Sequence record: OK272485.1
Source of the DNA: Escherichia phage JLBYU07
DNA length: 50,290 nucleotides
Reading direction: 5' to 3' (one strand)
Shown: piece by piece, positions 23,757 through 34,048 of the stretch
Position numbering within the stretch: position 1 is the stretch's first letter
Layout: each line of letters starts with the position of its first letter
Translations under genes and position numbers: made by a program
Notes under the pieces: generated by a model
The model's database searches: none
Seen by the model: only the letters and a program-made list of their open reading frames with translations
What the model was told of the DNA's origin: nothing

Positions 23757-25324
23757 TGATCATATGGGAAGATTTGACGGCGGCGCAAAAGCGAGCCATT
23801 AAAGAAATCAGTGAGCATTCATTCGAAAAGATGATCAGAATCTGGTTTCAGTTATTGCAGGGGCAAAAATTCCAGAGCAACTGGCATTTTAGCTTATTGT
23901 GCAGTGAGGTAGAGAAGATCATCAATGGAGAGTCGCAGAATGTGATTTTCAACATTACGCCAGGTAGCGGTAAGACTGAGATTTTCTCGATCCACATGTC
24001 ACCCTACGCGTCATTGAAAAGTCGTAAGGTGAGAAACCTTAACCTTTCGTTTAGTGATGGACTTGTCCAGCAAAACAGCAATAGGATAAAGGAGATTATC
24101 GGTTCTCCTGAGTGGCAAGAGCTATGGCCAGGAAAACTGGCAAAGGCGAGCGCAAAAGATCTCATAGTTACGGATGGCGGCAAGGTTAAATTGCAAGTTA
24201 ACTCACGTTCTATTGGCGGACAGGTAACAGGTTTGCGTGGCGGCTATATGGACGATGGTTTTACTGGTATGCTGGTTCTGGACGATCCAGACAAGCCGGA
24301 TGATATGCTTTCTAAGGTCAAGCGTGAGGCGATCCACATGCGGTTAAAAAACACAGTGCGATCGCGTCGAATGAAAGACACTACGCCGATTGTTATGGTG
24401 CAACAGCGACTACACGTTAATGATTCCACCTGGTTTATGCTTAATGGCGGGATGGGTGGTATTGAGTTTAAAGTTGTGAGTATTCCGGCGCTGGTTACGA
24501 AAGAATACCGCGAAACGCTTCCTGATTGGTTGAAGCCTGAATTTGATCGTGATGTGTTGTCAAGTAAGCCAGTGATGATAGATGGCGTTGCTCATTATTC
24601 ATTTTGGCCTGCGAAGGAAAGCGCGGAGGAATTGCTTGCATTGCGCAATGCAGATCCTTATACGTTCGCCAGTCAGTACCAACAGCAACCCATCGCGCTT
24701 GGCGGCAACGTGTTTAAAACAGAGTGGTTCCAGTATTACGGCAGCGGCGAAAAATGCGCACTTCCTAAACCGGATCGCTTTGAATACACATTTATTACTG
24801 GTGATACCGCGCAGAAGGCCGGAGAGCTTAACGACTATTCAGTTTTTTGTTATTGGGGGATGTATAAGAATCGCGTTTACTTCATTGATGGCATTCGCGG
24901 AAAGTGGGAAGCGCCGGATCTTGAATTAAATTTTATTGCCTTCGTTAATCAGTGCTGGAAGCGCAATAAGGAGTGTGGCAGCTTGCGACGTATCCACATT
25001 GAGGATAAGGCCAGCGGCACGGGTTTGATTCAGGGGGCCAAAAAGAAGATCCCGATTGATATAAATCCCGTTCAGCGAAGCAATGACAAGGTAACGCGAG
25101 CAATGGACGCCGCGCCAGTAATGAGGGCAGGACGTGTGGCACTGCCAGAAAGTCATCCCATGTTACCTGAGATACTGGCAGAGGTTGCAGCGTTCACTTT
25201 TGACGATTCTCATCCCCATGATGATATTGTCGATAATATAGTTGATGCTGTTAACGTCGAAATGAACTTGGCAGATGATCCGGTAGCAAGGATGAAAAAG
25301 CTGGCTGGTCTACGCAATAAATAG
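23756..25324 (+). CDS. terminase large subunit
   Basis: 522 aa; Walker A NITPGSGKT, Walker B-like LVLDDPD, C-terminal nuclease-type acidic residues; stop TAG in variant box. Confidence 0.85.
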   Translation: MIIWEDLTAAQKRAIKEISEHSFEKMIRIWFQLLQGQKFQSNWHFSLLCSEVEKIINGESQNVIFNITPGSGKTEIFSIHMSPYASLKSRKVRNLNLSFSDGLVQQNSNRIKEIIGSPEWQELWPGKLAKASAKDLIVTDGGKVKLQVNSRSIGGQVTGLRGGYMDDGFTGMLVLDDPDKPDDMLSKVKREAIHMRLKNTVRSRRMKDTTPIVMVQQRLHVNDSTWFMLNGGMGGIEFKVVSIPALVTKEYRETLPDWLKPEFDRDVLSSKPVMIDGVAHYSFWPAKESAEELLALRNADPYTFASQYQQQPIALGGNVFKTEWFQYYGSGEKCALPKPDRFEYTFITGDTAQKAGELNDYSVFCYWGMYKNRVYFIDGIRGKWEAPDLELNFIAFVNQCWKRNKECGSLRRIHIEDKASGTGLIQGAKKKIPIDINPVQRSNDKVTRAMDAAPVMRAGRVALPESHPMLPEILAEVAAFTFDDSHPHDDIVDNIVDAVNVEMNLADDPVARMKKLAGLRNK

Positions 25325-25340
25325 CACTAATTGCTAAAAA
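25319..25340 (+). promoter_or_regulatory. conserved intergenic box copy (variant AATAGCACTAATTGCTAAAAAG)
   Basis: TAG is stop of large terminase; followed by TATAAT and terminator. Confidence 0.55.
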
Positions 25341-25353
25341 GTTATATAATCAA

Positions 25354-25380
25354 GGCTGGATTTTTCCAGCCTTTTTTATT
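25354..25380 (+). terminator. rho-independent terminator
   Basis: hairpin GGCTGGATTTTTCCAGCC followed by T6. Confidence 0.55.
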
Positions 25381-25394
25381 ATGGAGATTTGACG

Positions 25395-26687
25395 ATGAGC
25401 GAAAAAACAAGGCTAGTTAAGGCCGATGGATACAACGAGATTTTCAAGGGTAGTAAGGGCAATGGGCGTGTAGAGTTGCCTTTCTTTATGCAGGGGTTCG
25501 AATACACCACGCACGCTGATTTTTACATTCGTGACGGCCTAGCAAAACGAATCATCGACGTTGTTCCAGAAGAAATGGTGACGCCTGGATTTAATATTGA
25601 TGGCGTGGAAGATGAGGAAAGTTTTAGATCTTTGTGGGATGAGAGGCGACTAAACGATAAAATCATTGATGCGCTTTGCTGGTCGCGTCTTTTTGGTGGC
25701 GCTGCAATCGTGGCAATCGTCCAGGATGGCAGGGCATTAAAGTCACCTGTAGCGCCTGGTGCAATCCTTGAAGATGTTCGCGTTTACGATCGCTTTCAGG
25801 TTCGCGTAGAAAAGCGCGAAACTAATCCACGTAAGGTACGATATGGCGAGCCATTAATTTACACCATTTCACCTGGTGCTGACCTGCCAGAATACCAGGT
25901 TCACTATTCGCGAGTCTGTATTATCGACGGTGAGCGGCTACCAAATCAGCGACGTCAATCAAATGATGGATGGGGTGAGTCGATCCTGAATAAGCGACTT
26001 GTTGAGGCTATTTGTGATTATAACTACTGCGAAAACTTGGCAACTCAATTGTTGCGACGTAAGCAACAGGCGGTATGGAAAGCTAAAGGTCTTGCTGATC
26101 TTTGTGATGATGATGATGGTGTTAACGCCGCACGTTTGCGCCTTGCTCAAGTTGATGATGAGGGTGGAGTGGGCCGTGCGATCGGCATTGATGCGGAAGA
26201 TGAGGAATATGATGTTTTAAATTCTGATATTTCCGGCGTCGATTCATTCCTGGAAAAGAAGATGGATCGCATTGTATCTCTTTCCGGCATCCATGAAATC
26301 ATCCTCAAAAACAAGAACGTTGGCGGTGTTAGCGCGAGCCAAAACACGGCGCTTGAAACCTTCTACAGGCTGATCGATCGAAAGCGAAAGGAAGAATACA
26401 AACCAATCCTTGAATTTCTGATCCCGTTCCTGATTCAAGAGGAAGAATGGAGTATTCAGTTTGCGCCGTTAAGCGTTCCCAGCGAAAAGGACCAGGCCGA
26501 GATCTTGAACAAGAATATTGATTCTTTGAGCAAGGCTATTGACGGTCAATTCATGGATACAGATGAGGCGCGCGACACATTGCGAGCCATTGCGCCTAAC
26601 GTTAAACTAAAAGACGGTAATGACATTAAACTACCTGAGCAGGACGTAGAGCCGGAGCCAGGAACAACCGAGGGTAGCAATCAATGA
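25395..26687 (+). CDS. portal protein
   Basis: 430 aa from ATG 25395 (GGAG RBS); position after terminase, size, acidic C-terminus. Confidence 0.65.
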   Translation: MSEKTRLVKADGYNEIFKGSKGNGRVELPFFMQGFEYTTHADFYIRDGLAKRIIDVVPEEMVTPGFNIDGVEDEESFRSLWDERRLNDKIIDALCWSRLFGGAAIVAIVQDGRALKSPVAPGAILEDVRVYDRFQVRVEKRETNPRKVRYGEPLIYTISPGADLPEYQVHYSRVCIIDGERLPNQRRQSNDGWGESILNKRLVEAICDYNYCENLATQLLRRKQQAVWKAKGLADLCDDDDGVNAARLRLAQVDDEGGVGRAIGIDAEDEEYDVLNSDISGVDSFLEKKMDRIVSLSGIHEIILKNKNVGGVSASQNTALETFYRLIDRKRKEEYKPILEFLIPFLIQEEEWSIQFAPLSVPSEKDQAEILNKNIDSLSKAIDGQFMDTDEARDTLRAIAPNVKLKDGNDIKLPEQDVEPEPGTTEGSNQ

Positions 26688-27439
26688 TAGTGAAAGGCGT
26701 CGTTAAACAATGGCGCTTTCCTGAAGCAAGTGAGCGGCAATTGCGCCGCTCAATTCAGGAGGCGGTAAGGGATCTTGTTGTGCTGATGCGCAGCAAAACA
26801 AAGGAAATGAAATTTGACGCGGACACCGAAGAAATCAACGCCGCAGAGGATGAGATTAGTAGCTTCGCGTTAAAGCTAATAGCTGGCATCGCCGCATCAC
26901 TTCCGGCTATCGGTCTTGCTGTTTATAAATTCAACGCGAAGCAATTTATTAACGTAGCCAAATCAACGGGAGGCAAGTCAAATTCAGCCGTTATCATCCT
27001 TATGGCTATTGGGGCCAATGCGAATGAGAGTTGGTATAGGACGCTATACGGTCAATGGCATGACATGACGATCGCATCTCTTCAAAAGCTATTTGGAAAC
27101 ATCGTGTCTGACTGGTCAACCAATATTAGATTGGCAAACTTTCGCGGAATGAGAGATAGCCAGGTTAATGAATTGGCTGGTAAGAGGTTCGCAGTGTATA
27201 GCTCTTGGGGTAAGACAAGGGCGGAAAACATCATAGGCGCTTGGAATAGTAGACTCATGCGCCAGCGTCTTTATGATTCAAAAGTAACTCATTATTTTTG
27301 GCATGGTATGCTTGATGACAGAGAGCGATTGCAGCATGTACAATGGGAAGGTAAGCGCATTGCGCTAGATTCTGAACATGATTTTCCTGGTGAGCCTTTC
27401 GGTTGTCGTTGTTGGGCCATACCAGATTGGAACAGTTAA
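26684..27439 (+). CDS. head morphogenesis protein (SPP1 gp7 / Mu F-like)
   Basis: 251 aa; C-terminal conserved HDFPGEPFGCRCW motif; ATGA overlap with portal. Confidence 0.7.
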   Translation: MIVKGVVKQWRFPEASERQLRRSIQEAVRDLVVLMRSKTKEMKFDADTEEINAAEDEISSFALKLIAGIAASLPAIGLAVYKFNAKQFINVAKSTGGKSNSAVIILMAIGANANESWYRTLYGQWHDMTIASLQKLFGNIVSDWSTNIRLANFRGMRDSQVNELAGKRFAVYSSWGKTRAENIIGAWNSRLMRQRLYDSKVTHYFWHGMLDDRERLQHVQWEGKRIALDSEHDFPGEPFGCRCWAIPDWNS

Positions 27440-27449
27440 GAGGTATTAA

Positions 27450-28565
27450 ATGAAGGCAAAACAAAGATTTGATAGCGCCAAAGTAAAGGCGCACTTTGAT
27501 GATAACGGGTTTTTAGTTGATCGCCCTATCGTGGCGCGAATTGGTTTACAAGTCTATCAGACTCCTTTCGGTGAGCGCAGAGAATTTCGTCCGGCGTCCG
27601 AAGTATTCAAGGCCGACTCGCTCGCCACCTTCGCAGGTAAGCCAGTCACGGTTGGTCACGTCACGGTAACGCCAGAAAACGCCGAAAAGGTTGTGGTTGG
27701 TTCTTGTGCTGGCGCTGGCGTGCCGAACGGGATCGGCGTAGAGGTTCCGTTAAGCATTTACTCAAAACGAGCAATCGAAAGCGCGAAGAAGCGAGACACG
27801 GCGGAAATTTCGGTTGGTTATACATCGGTTGATATTGATAAACCAGGCTGGGGCAATAATAAAACTGGTGAGTACGTTTTCGATGAGGATGTTAGCGAAG
27901 ACTGGAAACCTGATTCTCCTGATTGGGTTAAGTTTGATGCAATCCAGACTGAAATCAAGGTAAACCACATCGCGTTAGTTTTCCGAGGTCGAGCTGGCAT
28001 TGCAAAATTAAACCTTGATAGCCAGCAAGATTTTCCGTATAGTGACGACGTTATTAACAACAAAGAGGATCAAATCATGACTGTAAAAATTAAACTGGAT
28101 GGCGCTGTAGAGTTTGACGTGCCAAAAGCAGTTGCGGATCACATTGAAACGCTTAAAGCTGATGCCAAAGCACAGAAAGAAAAGGCGGATGGCCTGGAAG
28201 CTGAGCGCGATGCGCTGCAAACCAAAGTAGATGGCATTCAGGATCAGATTGATGCCGCAGTCAAGAAGGCCAAAGAAGATGCCGAGCAATATGCTCAATT
28301 AGTGGCAAACGCTAAAGAGTTAGGCATCAAGTGCGACGGCCTGGATGCGAAAGCAATCAAGGTTGCATACATCAAAGAAGTTATGGGTAATGACGTTTCT
28401 GATAAAGCTGATGCCTATATCGAAACAGCTTTCGACATCGCCAAAAACTCTGATAAAATGGCGGCGCAGCGTAAGAGCATTAAAGGTGACTCTTTCGCGA
28501 ATGAAAAGCAGGATGACGCAGGTTCTAAGCTGAATCCTAACGCTCGTTTTGATAAACTGAAATAA
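27450..28565 (+). CDS. putative scaffolding / head maturation protein
   Basis: 371 aa; C-terminal half is Lys/Glu/Ala-rich coiled coil; position between head morphogenesis and capsid genes. Confidence 0.4.
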   Translation: MKAKQRFDSAKVKAHFDDNGFLVDRPIVARIGLQVYQTPFGERREFRPASEVFKADSLATFAGKPVTVGHVTVTPENAEKVVVGSCAGAGVPNGIGVEVPLSIYSKRAIESAKKRDTAEISVGYTSVDIDKPGWGNNKTGEYVFDEDVSEDWKPDSPDWVKFDAIQTEIKVNHIALVFRGRAGIAKLNLDSQQDFPYSDDVINNKEDQIMTVKIKLDGAVEFDVPKAVADHIETLKADAKAQKEKADGLEAERDALQTKVDGIQDQIDAAVKKAKEDAEQYAQLVANAKELGIKCDGLDAKAIKVAYIKEVMGNDVSDKADAYIETAFDIAKNSDKMAAQRKSIKGDSFANEKQDDAGSKLNPNARFDKLK

Positions 28566-28577
28566 GGAGTAATTAAA

Positions 28578-29087
28578 ATGGCTAAAATTGGAGCAAGTTA
28601 TTTTGACACTATGGCGCGTGCGCTTCCTGGTCAGGTATCCGATACTTCGGCATATAACATCGACGGCGCTTGTGTTCTTGACAAGAAAGACGGCACCCCA
28701 ATCCTGGTTGGCGTGGCTGTTAAGCTAAAAGGCGTTGACTCAATGGGTAATAAGCTGATCGACGCTATTTCTGGTAGTGATGATGTTCCTTATGGCGTTG
28801 GCATCCGTTCGCACTTTCAAACTACGGCTGATAATGGACGAATGGTTTATGAGTCTGGCGGCGGAATCAACGTTATGACAGAGGGCCGCGTTTGGATGGT
28901 TGGCGATGATACCGACAAGAGCAAAGAACCATCGTATCGTAAGCCTGTAAAAATTGATGAAAACACTGGCAAGGTGAAAAGTGCTGGCACTATCAATACC
29001 AACTGGATTTACACGGGAGATAAAACCACATTTGGAACTGGCGATGATGTGTTGACTTTGTTTGAAGTTCAGGTCTTCCCAAGATAA
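28578..29087 (+). CDS. putative capsid-associated structural protein
   Basis: 169 aa; paralogous to next gene (shared YNIDG, INVMTEGRVWM/INILTRGVVWC, YTGD/FTGD). Confidence 0.4.
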   Translation: MAKIGASYFDTMARALPGQVSDTSAYNIDGACVLDKKDGTPILVGVAVKLKGVDSMGNKLIDAISGSDDVPYGVGIRSHFQTTADNGRMVYESGGGINVMTEGRVWMVGDDTDKSKEPSYRKPVKIDENTGKVKSAGTINTNWIYTGDKTTFGTGDDVLTLFEVQVFPR

Positions 29088-29091
29088 AATT

Positions 29092-29118
29092 AAGGCGCTC
29101 GCTTGAGCGCCTTTTTTA
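29092..29118 (+). terminator. rho-independent terminator
   Basis: hairpin AAGGCGCTCGCTTGAGCGCCTT followed by T-run. Confidence 0.7.
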
Positions 29119-29137
29119 TTATGTAAGGAGAAATGAA

Positions 29138-29920
29138 ATGGCTAAAGATTATTCATCTGTTATGGGTCTTTCTTGCCCTGGTTGTTTGGTTGATTCTACT
29201 CGCTACAATATTGATGGAACTGGCGTTTGCGGATCTGAGTCGATCATTGCTGGCAAAGTTGTTTTCTTCAAAGAGAGAGTGGAAGGTTATAACATATTTG
29301 TTGATCATAAAGAGTATGATGCTGTGGTTGCTGGTGTTGCTATAAGGAGCAATATCACGACAACGGTTAACGAGGAAGACGGATACTCTGACTATAAGGA
29401 AGGAGATTCTATCAATATTTTAACAAGAGGGGTTGTATGGTGCTTAACTCAAACGATTGAGTCTGCGCCTGAACATGGCGATCTTGTTTATGTTAACAAT
29501 GATGGTTTTGTAGCAAAAAGTGATGGCGATGAAATCGTCGATGGCTGGATTTTTACTGGTGACTTCTACAAGTTTGATGAAACAATGAACATAGTCGGAG
29601 TCAGAATAACGCCGCTTCATCATAGAAAATACCTTCTTACTGGTGCGATCATTGAGGCCGAAAATGGCTACATAGAGGGAACAGAGACGATTAATAACGT
29701 TCAATTAAAGGTAACGGTTGTTCCTACTTGGGCTGATGACAAAACGGGTCAGTGGACAATTACAAACGAGCAAGATCCAAAGGTTGCCAGCGTTAGCCGT
29801 ACAGGTCTTGTTGTTCCTACTGGTGTAGGAGGCAGAGTTAACGTCAACTGGACTGCTAATGATGGTTCTGGAGTTGCTTACCAGTTTGATATTGTATTTA
29901 CGAAAACCGCTGGCGAATAA
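29138..29920 (+). CDS. putative capsid decoration/structural protein with C-terminal Ig-like domain
   Basis: 260 aa; N-terminal paralogy with 28578-29087; C-terminal beta-rich Big_2-like region. Confidence 0.4.
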   Translation: MAKDYSSVMGLSCPGCLVDSTRYNIDGTGVCGSESIIAGKVVFFKERVEGYNIFVDHKEYDAVVAGVAIRSNITTTVNEEDGYSDYKEGDSINILTRGVVWCLTQTIESAPEHGDLVYVNNDGFVAKSDGDEIVDGWIFTGDFYKFDETMNIVGVRITPLHHRKYLLTGAIIEAENGYIEGTETINNVQLKVTVVPTWADDKTGQWTITNEQDPKVASVSRTGLVVPTGVGGRVNVNWTANDGSGVAYQFDIVFTKTAGE

Positions 29921-29945
29921 CTAATAGCATAAAAAAACATTGCAC

Positions 29946-29964
29946 GTTTAACAAAAAGTGCTAT
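29946..29964 (-). promoter_or_regulatory. conserved intergenic box copy (antisense within late operon)
   Basis: GTTTAACAAAAAGTGCTAT immediately before terminator and capsid gene RBS. Confidence 0.55.
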
Positions 29965-29969
29965 CATCT

Positions 29970-29997
29970 AGGCCGTTACATTTAACGGCCTTTTTTA
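29970..29997 (+). terminator. rho-independent terminator
   Basis: hairpin GGCCGTTACATTTAACGGCC followed by T6; lies between antisense box copy and capsid gene RBS. Confidence 0.7.
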
Positions 29998-30010
29998 TGG
30001 AGGAAGCAAA

Positions 30011-30982
30011 ATGGCTAAAAAATACGATGAATTAGATGCTACCATTGTAGCAAATCATTTACAGGTTCAGGGCGTTAAGGGTAATGCTTCTGATATGGGT
30101 ATTTGGACCGCTCAAGAGCTACACAAGATCCGCTCTACCGCATACGAGAAAGAGTATCCGGCAGGTTCCGCGCTTCGCGTATTCCCCGTAACAAACGAGC
30201 TTTCTGATACTGACAAGACTTTCGAGTATCAGACTTTTGATAAGGTTGGCTACGCGAAAATTATCGCAGACTACACCGATGATCTGCCAACTGTGGACGC
30301 GCTGATGACTTCTGAGTTTGGCAAAGTGTTCCGCCTGGGTAACGCTTTCCTGATCTCAATTGACGAAATCAAAGCAGGTCAGCGAACTGGTAAAAGCCTT
30401 TCTACTCGCAAGGCTAACGCAGCGCAGAATGCACATGATCAGCTTATTAACTTCCTGGTTTTCAAAGGTTCCAAGCCTCATAAGATCGTTTCCGTTTTCG
30501 ATCATCCAAACCTGACTAAAATCACGTCAAAAGGATGGCTGAGTAACGACGGAAACACCAAGTTTCCAGAAGTTGCAAGCGATGAACTGGAGGCCGCAAT
30601 CGAAACGATCGAGGAAGTAACAAGAGGCCAGCACCGCGCGACTAACATCCTGATCCCGCCGTCCATGCGCAAAGTCCTGACGGTTCGAATGAAAAATACC
30701 ACTGAAAGTTATCTGGAATACTTCCAGAAGCAAAACGGCGGTATCACTATCGACTCTATCGCAGAGCTTGAGGATATTGACGGCGAAGGTACGAAAGGTT
30801 GCTTGGTTTACGAAAAAGATCCAATGAACATGAGCATTGAGATTCCAGAAGCGTTTAACATGCTTCCGGCGCAGCCAAAAGACCTTCACTTCAAGGTTCC
30901 TTGCACTTCCAAGTGTACTGGCCTTACGATTTACCGTCCGTTTACGATGGTGCTTATTACTGGCTTGAAAAAGTCAGATTAA
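30011..30982 (+). CDS. major capsid protein
   Basis: 323 aa; strong GGAGGAAG RBS, flanked by terminators, position and size typical of the HK97-fold capsid gene. Confidence 0.6.
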   Translation: MAKKYDELDATIVANHLQVQGVKGNASDMGIWTAQELHKIRSTAYEKEYPAGSALRVFPVTNELSDTDKTFEYQTFDKVGYAKIIADYTDDLPTVDALMTSEFGKVFRLGNAFLISIDEIKAGQRTGKSLSTRKANAAQNAHDQLINFLVFKGSKPHKIVSVFDHPNLTKITSKGWLSNDGNTKFPEVASDELEAAIETIEEVTRGQHRATNILIPPSMRKVLTVRMKNTTESYLEYFQKQNGGITIDSIAELEDIDGEGTKGCLVYEKDPMNMSIEIPEAFNMLPAQPKDLHFKVPCTSKCTGLTIYRPFTMVLITGLKKSD

Positions 30983-30993
30983 TTAGATAACAT

Positions 30994-31022
30994 GGGGAGC
31001 CTTAAGGGTTCCCCTTTTTTAT
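30994..31022 (+). terminator. rho-independent terminator
   Basis: hairpin GGGGAGCCTTAAGGGTTCCCC followed by T8. Confidence 0.75.
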
Positions 31023-31038
31023 TTATGGAGTACACAAA

Positions 31039-31305
31039 ATGAGCAAAACTTTAAAACTTAAAGTAACTGGCGTTTGCATGATTATTATGGACGGTAAGCG
31101 TTATCATCCTGGTGATGAAATTGAAATTGAATCAGATCGCATTAATGATTCCGCAATTGAATACCTGATCGCTCGCGGCGATGTGGAAGTTAAAGACAAT
31201 TCCGAAATTAACGAGCAAATCAAGGAGAAAGCGGAGAAGAAGCGCAAAAAAGATCCTACCGAGGGCAAGAGCCGCAAAGAGCTAGAGGATGGCGGCGAAT
31301 ATTAA
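31039..31305 (+). CDS. hypothetical protein
   Basis: 88 aa; Lys/Glu-rich C-terminus. Confidence 0.5.
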   Translation: MSKTLKLKVTGVCMIIMDGKRYHPGDEIEIESDRINDSAIEYLIARGDVEVKDNSEINEQIKEKAEKKRKKDPTEGKSRKELEDGGEY

Positions 31306-31351
31306 TAATTGGGGCGCTTATGCGCCCCTTGTCATATCTGGAGAAAACAAA

Positions 31352-31771
31352 ATGGTAGATGAATTTTACACAGACGCTGAAATCGTTCAGCAAATCGTAA
31401 AGTTGGCCCCACCAATGCAGCAGGTTGATCACGATTTAATTGTGGCATGGATTGAGCTTGCTAAAGAATTTGTTTGCAAAAAACGGTTTAAAAACTCATA
31501 CCCGAAAGCGGTTGCGCTTTACACTCTTCACCTTATGACCTTAGACGGGGCAATGAAACAGGAAGGTGAAAGCGTAGAAAGCTATTCCCGCCGCGTTGCC
31601 TCGTTCACTCTGACTGGTGAGTTTAGTCAGACTTTTGATCGAATTTCTTCCGATACAAGCGGAAAGCAGATCCGACAAACGCCGTGGGGCAAAATGTACG
31701 AAGTGTTAAACCGTAAGCACGGTGGCGGCTTTGGACTTGTAACTGGATTGCGCCGGAGATGTTGCCGATGA
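31352..31771 (+). CDS. putative head-tail connector / DNA-packaging adaptor
   Basis: 139 aa from ATG 31352 (GGAG RBS); position between capsid and neck genes. Confidence 0.4.
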   Translation: MVDEFYTDAEIVQQIVKLAPPMQQVDHDLIVAWIELAKEFVCKKRFKNSYPKAVALYTLHLMTLDGAMKQEGESVESYSRRVASFTLTGEFSQTFDRISSDTSGKQIRQTPWGKMYEVLNRKHGGGFGLVTGLRRRCCR

Positions 31772-32142
31772 ATTACAATGAGATTGCAAGAATGGCTACT
31801 GCTGGGATTAACTTTTTCAGCGACGCTAACGGTATGTTTAAGTGCATCACGCAGCAGGGAGGGGTTGAGATTATCGGCGGAGAGGAAGTTACCAAGCCTG
31901 AGATTTCAGTGATGATAAAGGGGCTTGTTAGATCTCCGAGGACTAGAGAGGTTGACGGTGAAACAATCCGAGTAACCGACAAGTTGGGGATATTCACCAA
32001 TGAAACTGAGATCAAAAATGGTTATCAGATTGAAATTGATGGCGATCGTTACGTTGTCGTTGAAGCAAGACCAGTCAGGCAGACTAACATCACGGCAGCT
32101 TATCGTCCGATATTAAGGAGGATTGCAGTGCATGGCGGATAA
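31768..32142 (+). CDS. putative head closure / head-tail joining protein
   Basis: 124 aa from ATG 31768; overlaps previous stop. Confidence 0.4.
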   Translation: MNYNEIARMATAGINFFSDANGMFKCITQQGGVEIIGGEEVTKPEISVMIKGLVRSPRTREVDGETIRVTDKLGIFTNETEIKNGYQIEIDGDRYVVVEARPVRQTNITAAYRPILRRIAVHGG

Positions 32143-32575
32143 TTATAAGATCAGGGAATTTCACGGTGATATAAGCAGGTGGATTGATTCAGTAAGCAGC
32201 GGCCTTGTTGATTGCGTTGAAATGTTCGCGACAAACGTCCACGAGGATCTTGTAAAGCGTTCGCCAGTTGATACGGGCCGATATAAAGCTAACTGGCAGG
32301 TAACAGCAAACAAGCCGCCGCTATATGCTCTCAATCAATACGATCGCGATGGTAGTAAAACCATTGCAGAAGGCAAGCGAGCAATATATGCAATCATGCG
32401 GGGCGGTGGCGCGGTGCGGTCAATCTATTTTTCAAACATGCTTATTTACGCCAATGCGCTTGAATACGGGCATTCAAAACAAGCGCCGTCCGGCGTGCTG
32501 GGAATCGTGGCGGTAAAGCTGCGATCCTATATGACTAAGGCAATAAAGGATTCGAGGGCAAAAAATGCACTATGA
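32132..32575 (+). CDS. HK97 gp10-like neck/tail component
   Basis: 147 aa from ATG 32132 (AAGGAGG RBS); conserved NMLIYANALEYGHS motif. Confidence 0.55.
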   Translation: MADNYKIREFHGDISRWIDSVSSGLVDCVEMFATNVHEDLVKRSPVDTGRYKANWQVTANKPPLYALNQYDRDGSKTIAEGKRAIYAIMRGGGAVRSIYFSNMLIYANALEYGHSKQAPSGVLGIVAVKLRSYMTKAIKDSRAKNAL

Positions 32576-32966
32576 TTTAATGTTAGCGGCAAGAAAGGCG
32601 CTGGCGGCGGAATATGAATCACGATTCAAGATCGCCTATGAAAACGTTGATTTTGTTCCGCCTGGTGATGGTTCGACGTGGTTAAAATTTGACTACATGG
32701 AAGCCGACACAGATCGCATATCTCTTGATAGAAAATGCGTTTCTTATATCGGATTGGTTCAGGTTGGAATTGTTATGCCTCCTGGCGGCGGCACTGATAA
32801 AGCGCGTTTACTGGCTAAAGAGATTGCGAGATTTTTCTATGATGGTAGAATGCTTGAAACTGGCTATATTAGCGAGGGGGCAAACGTCCACAAATTACTA
32901 AAAAGTGAAACAGGTTGGTTATTGCCGATCCGTTTCAGTGTTAGGCTTGATACAAAGGAGGAATAA
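32565..32966 (+). CDS. putative tail terminator / tail completion protein
   Basis: 133 aa; position immediately upstream of major tail protein. Confidence 0.4.
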   Translation: MHYDLMLAARKALAAEYESRFKIAYENVDFVPPGDGSTWLKFDYMEADTDRISLDRKCVSYIGLVQVGIVMPPGGGTDKARLLAKEIARFFYDGRMLETGYISEGANVHKLLKSETGWLLPIRFSVRLDTKEE

Positions 32967-32968
32967 TC

Positions 32969-33631
32969 ATGCACTTGCCTAATGGTTCTCAAATTTTCAT
33001 CGGCGTTAATATGGGTGAGCCAATTAGCGCGACTAAAATCAGCAATGCTGATAATCCTGTTTTTACAACCAAAAACACTCAAAGCATCAAAAAAGGCGCT
33101 TATGTTCTTATTGAAACATCTTCTTGGGGCAAACTTGTTAGTCGAGTGCTTCGAGTTAAGGAAGTATCAGATAATGTAAGTGTTACTCTTGAGGGTGTTA
33201 GCACTAAAGATACAAACGTATTTCCAGAAGGACGGAGCACAGCAACTTTCCGAGAAGTGAAATCTTGGGTAGAGGTTCCTTGCGTACAGGATCTTGCGCA
33301 GGACGGCGGCGAGCAACAGTATTACACTTATCAGTGTTTGGCTGATGACCAGGAGCAGCAGTTACCGACCTATAAGAGCGCCGTTTCTCTTACCTACACT
33401 TTCGCGCATGAATATGATAACCCTATTTATCCGATCTTGCGCGAGGCTGAGGAATCCGGCGACGTAACCGCTTTGCGTATGTACGTTCCGAAAGCTAAAG
33501 AGATGCGTTGCTGGGCTGGTGTATTGTCCTTTAATGACATTCCGCAAACCACTATGAACGAAATGGAAACTGTTTCCCTTTCCGTATTTCTGAAAGGTCG
33601 ATTTACGTTCTTATCTTCCGACATCAATTAA
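32969..33631 (+). CDS. major tail protein
   Basis: 220 aa; AGGAGG RBS; followed by strong terminator and then the G/G-T chaperone pair and tape measure. Confidence 0.6.
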   Translation: MHLPNGSQIFIGVNMGEPISATKISNADNPVFTTKNTQSIKKGAYVLIETSSWGKLVSRVLRVKEVSDNVSVTLEGVSTKDTNVFPEGRSTATFREVKSWVEVPCVQDLAQDGGEQQYYTYQCLADDQEQQLPTYKSAVSLTYTFAHEYDNPIYPILREAEESGDVTALRMYVPKAKEMRCWAGVLSFNDIPQTTMNEMETVSLSVFLKGRFTFLSSDIN

Positions 33632-33636
33632 AACAA

Positions 33637-33657
33637 GGGGCGTTGCGCCCCTTTTTT
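33637..33657 (+). terminator. rho-independent terminator
   Basis: hairpin GGGGCGTTGCGCCCC followed by T6. Confidence 0.75.
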
Positions 33658-33696
33658 CATTCCTGTAAAATCAATCTATCAAATAAATCAATCCCA

Positions 33697-33716
33697 CTTT
33701 TAACAAAAAGTGCTAT
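33697..33716 (-). promoter_or_regulatory. conserved intergenic box copy (antisense within late operon)
   Basis: CTTTTAACAAAAAGTGCTAT directly abuts AAGGAG RBS of G chaperone gene. Confidence 0.6.
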
Positions 33717-33730
33717 AAGGAGATCTTGAG

Positions 33731-34048
33731 ATGGCAAAGATGAAACTAACGCTAGGCCCGCTGCCTGATTTTAAGCTACCTGTTTCTTTCGTGCTTCCAA
33801 ATGGTGATGAGCAAGTTATTGTTTTCACAGTACGCCACAAGAAGGCAAGCGAAATTCACGAACGATACACGGCAGAAAAGCCGATGAGTGACGTAGAAAT
33901 GATCACCTTCCTTGCTTCCGGTTGGGATCTGGAAGATGAATTTAACGAGGAAAACGTTGCTAAATTGCTGGATTATTACCCTTCTGCGTCATTATCGCTG
34001 ACTGGTCATTATATGAAAGCACTTGCGGGGCAGCGGGTAAAAAACTAA
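33731..34048 (+). CDS. tail assembly chaperone (lambda G-like)
   Basis: 105 aa; AAGGAG RBS; ends just past slippery A AAA AAC heptamer. Confidence 0.65.
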   Translation: MAKMKLTLGPLPDFKLPVSFVLPNGDEQVIVFTVRHKKASEIHERYTAEKPMSDVEMITFLASGWDLEDEFNEENVAKLLDYYPSASLSLTGHYMKALAGQRVKN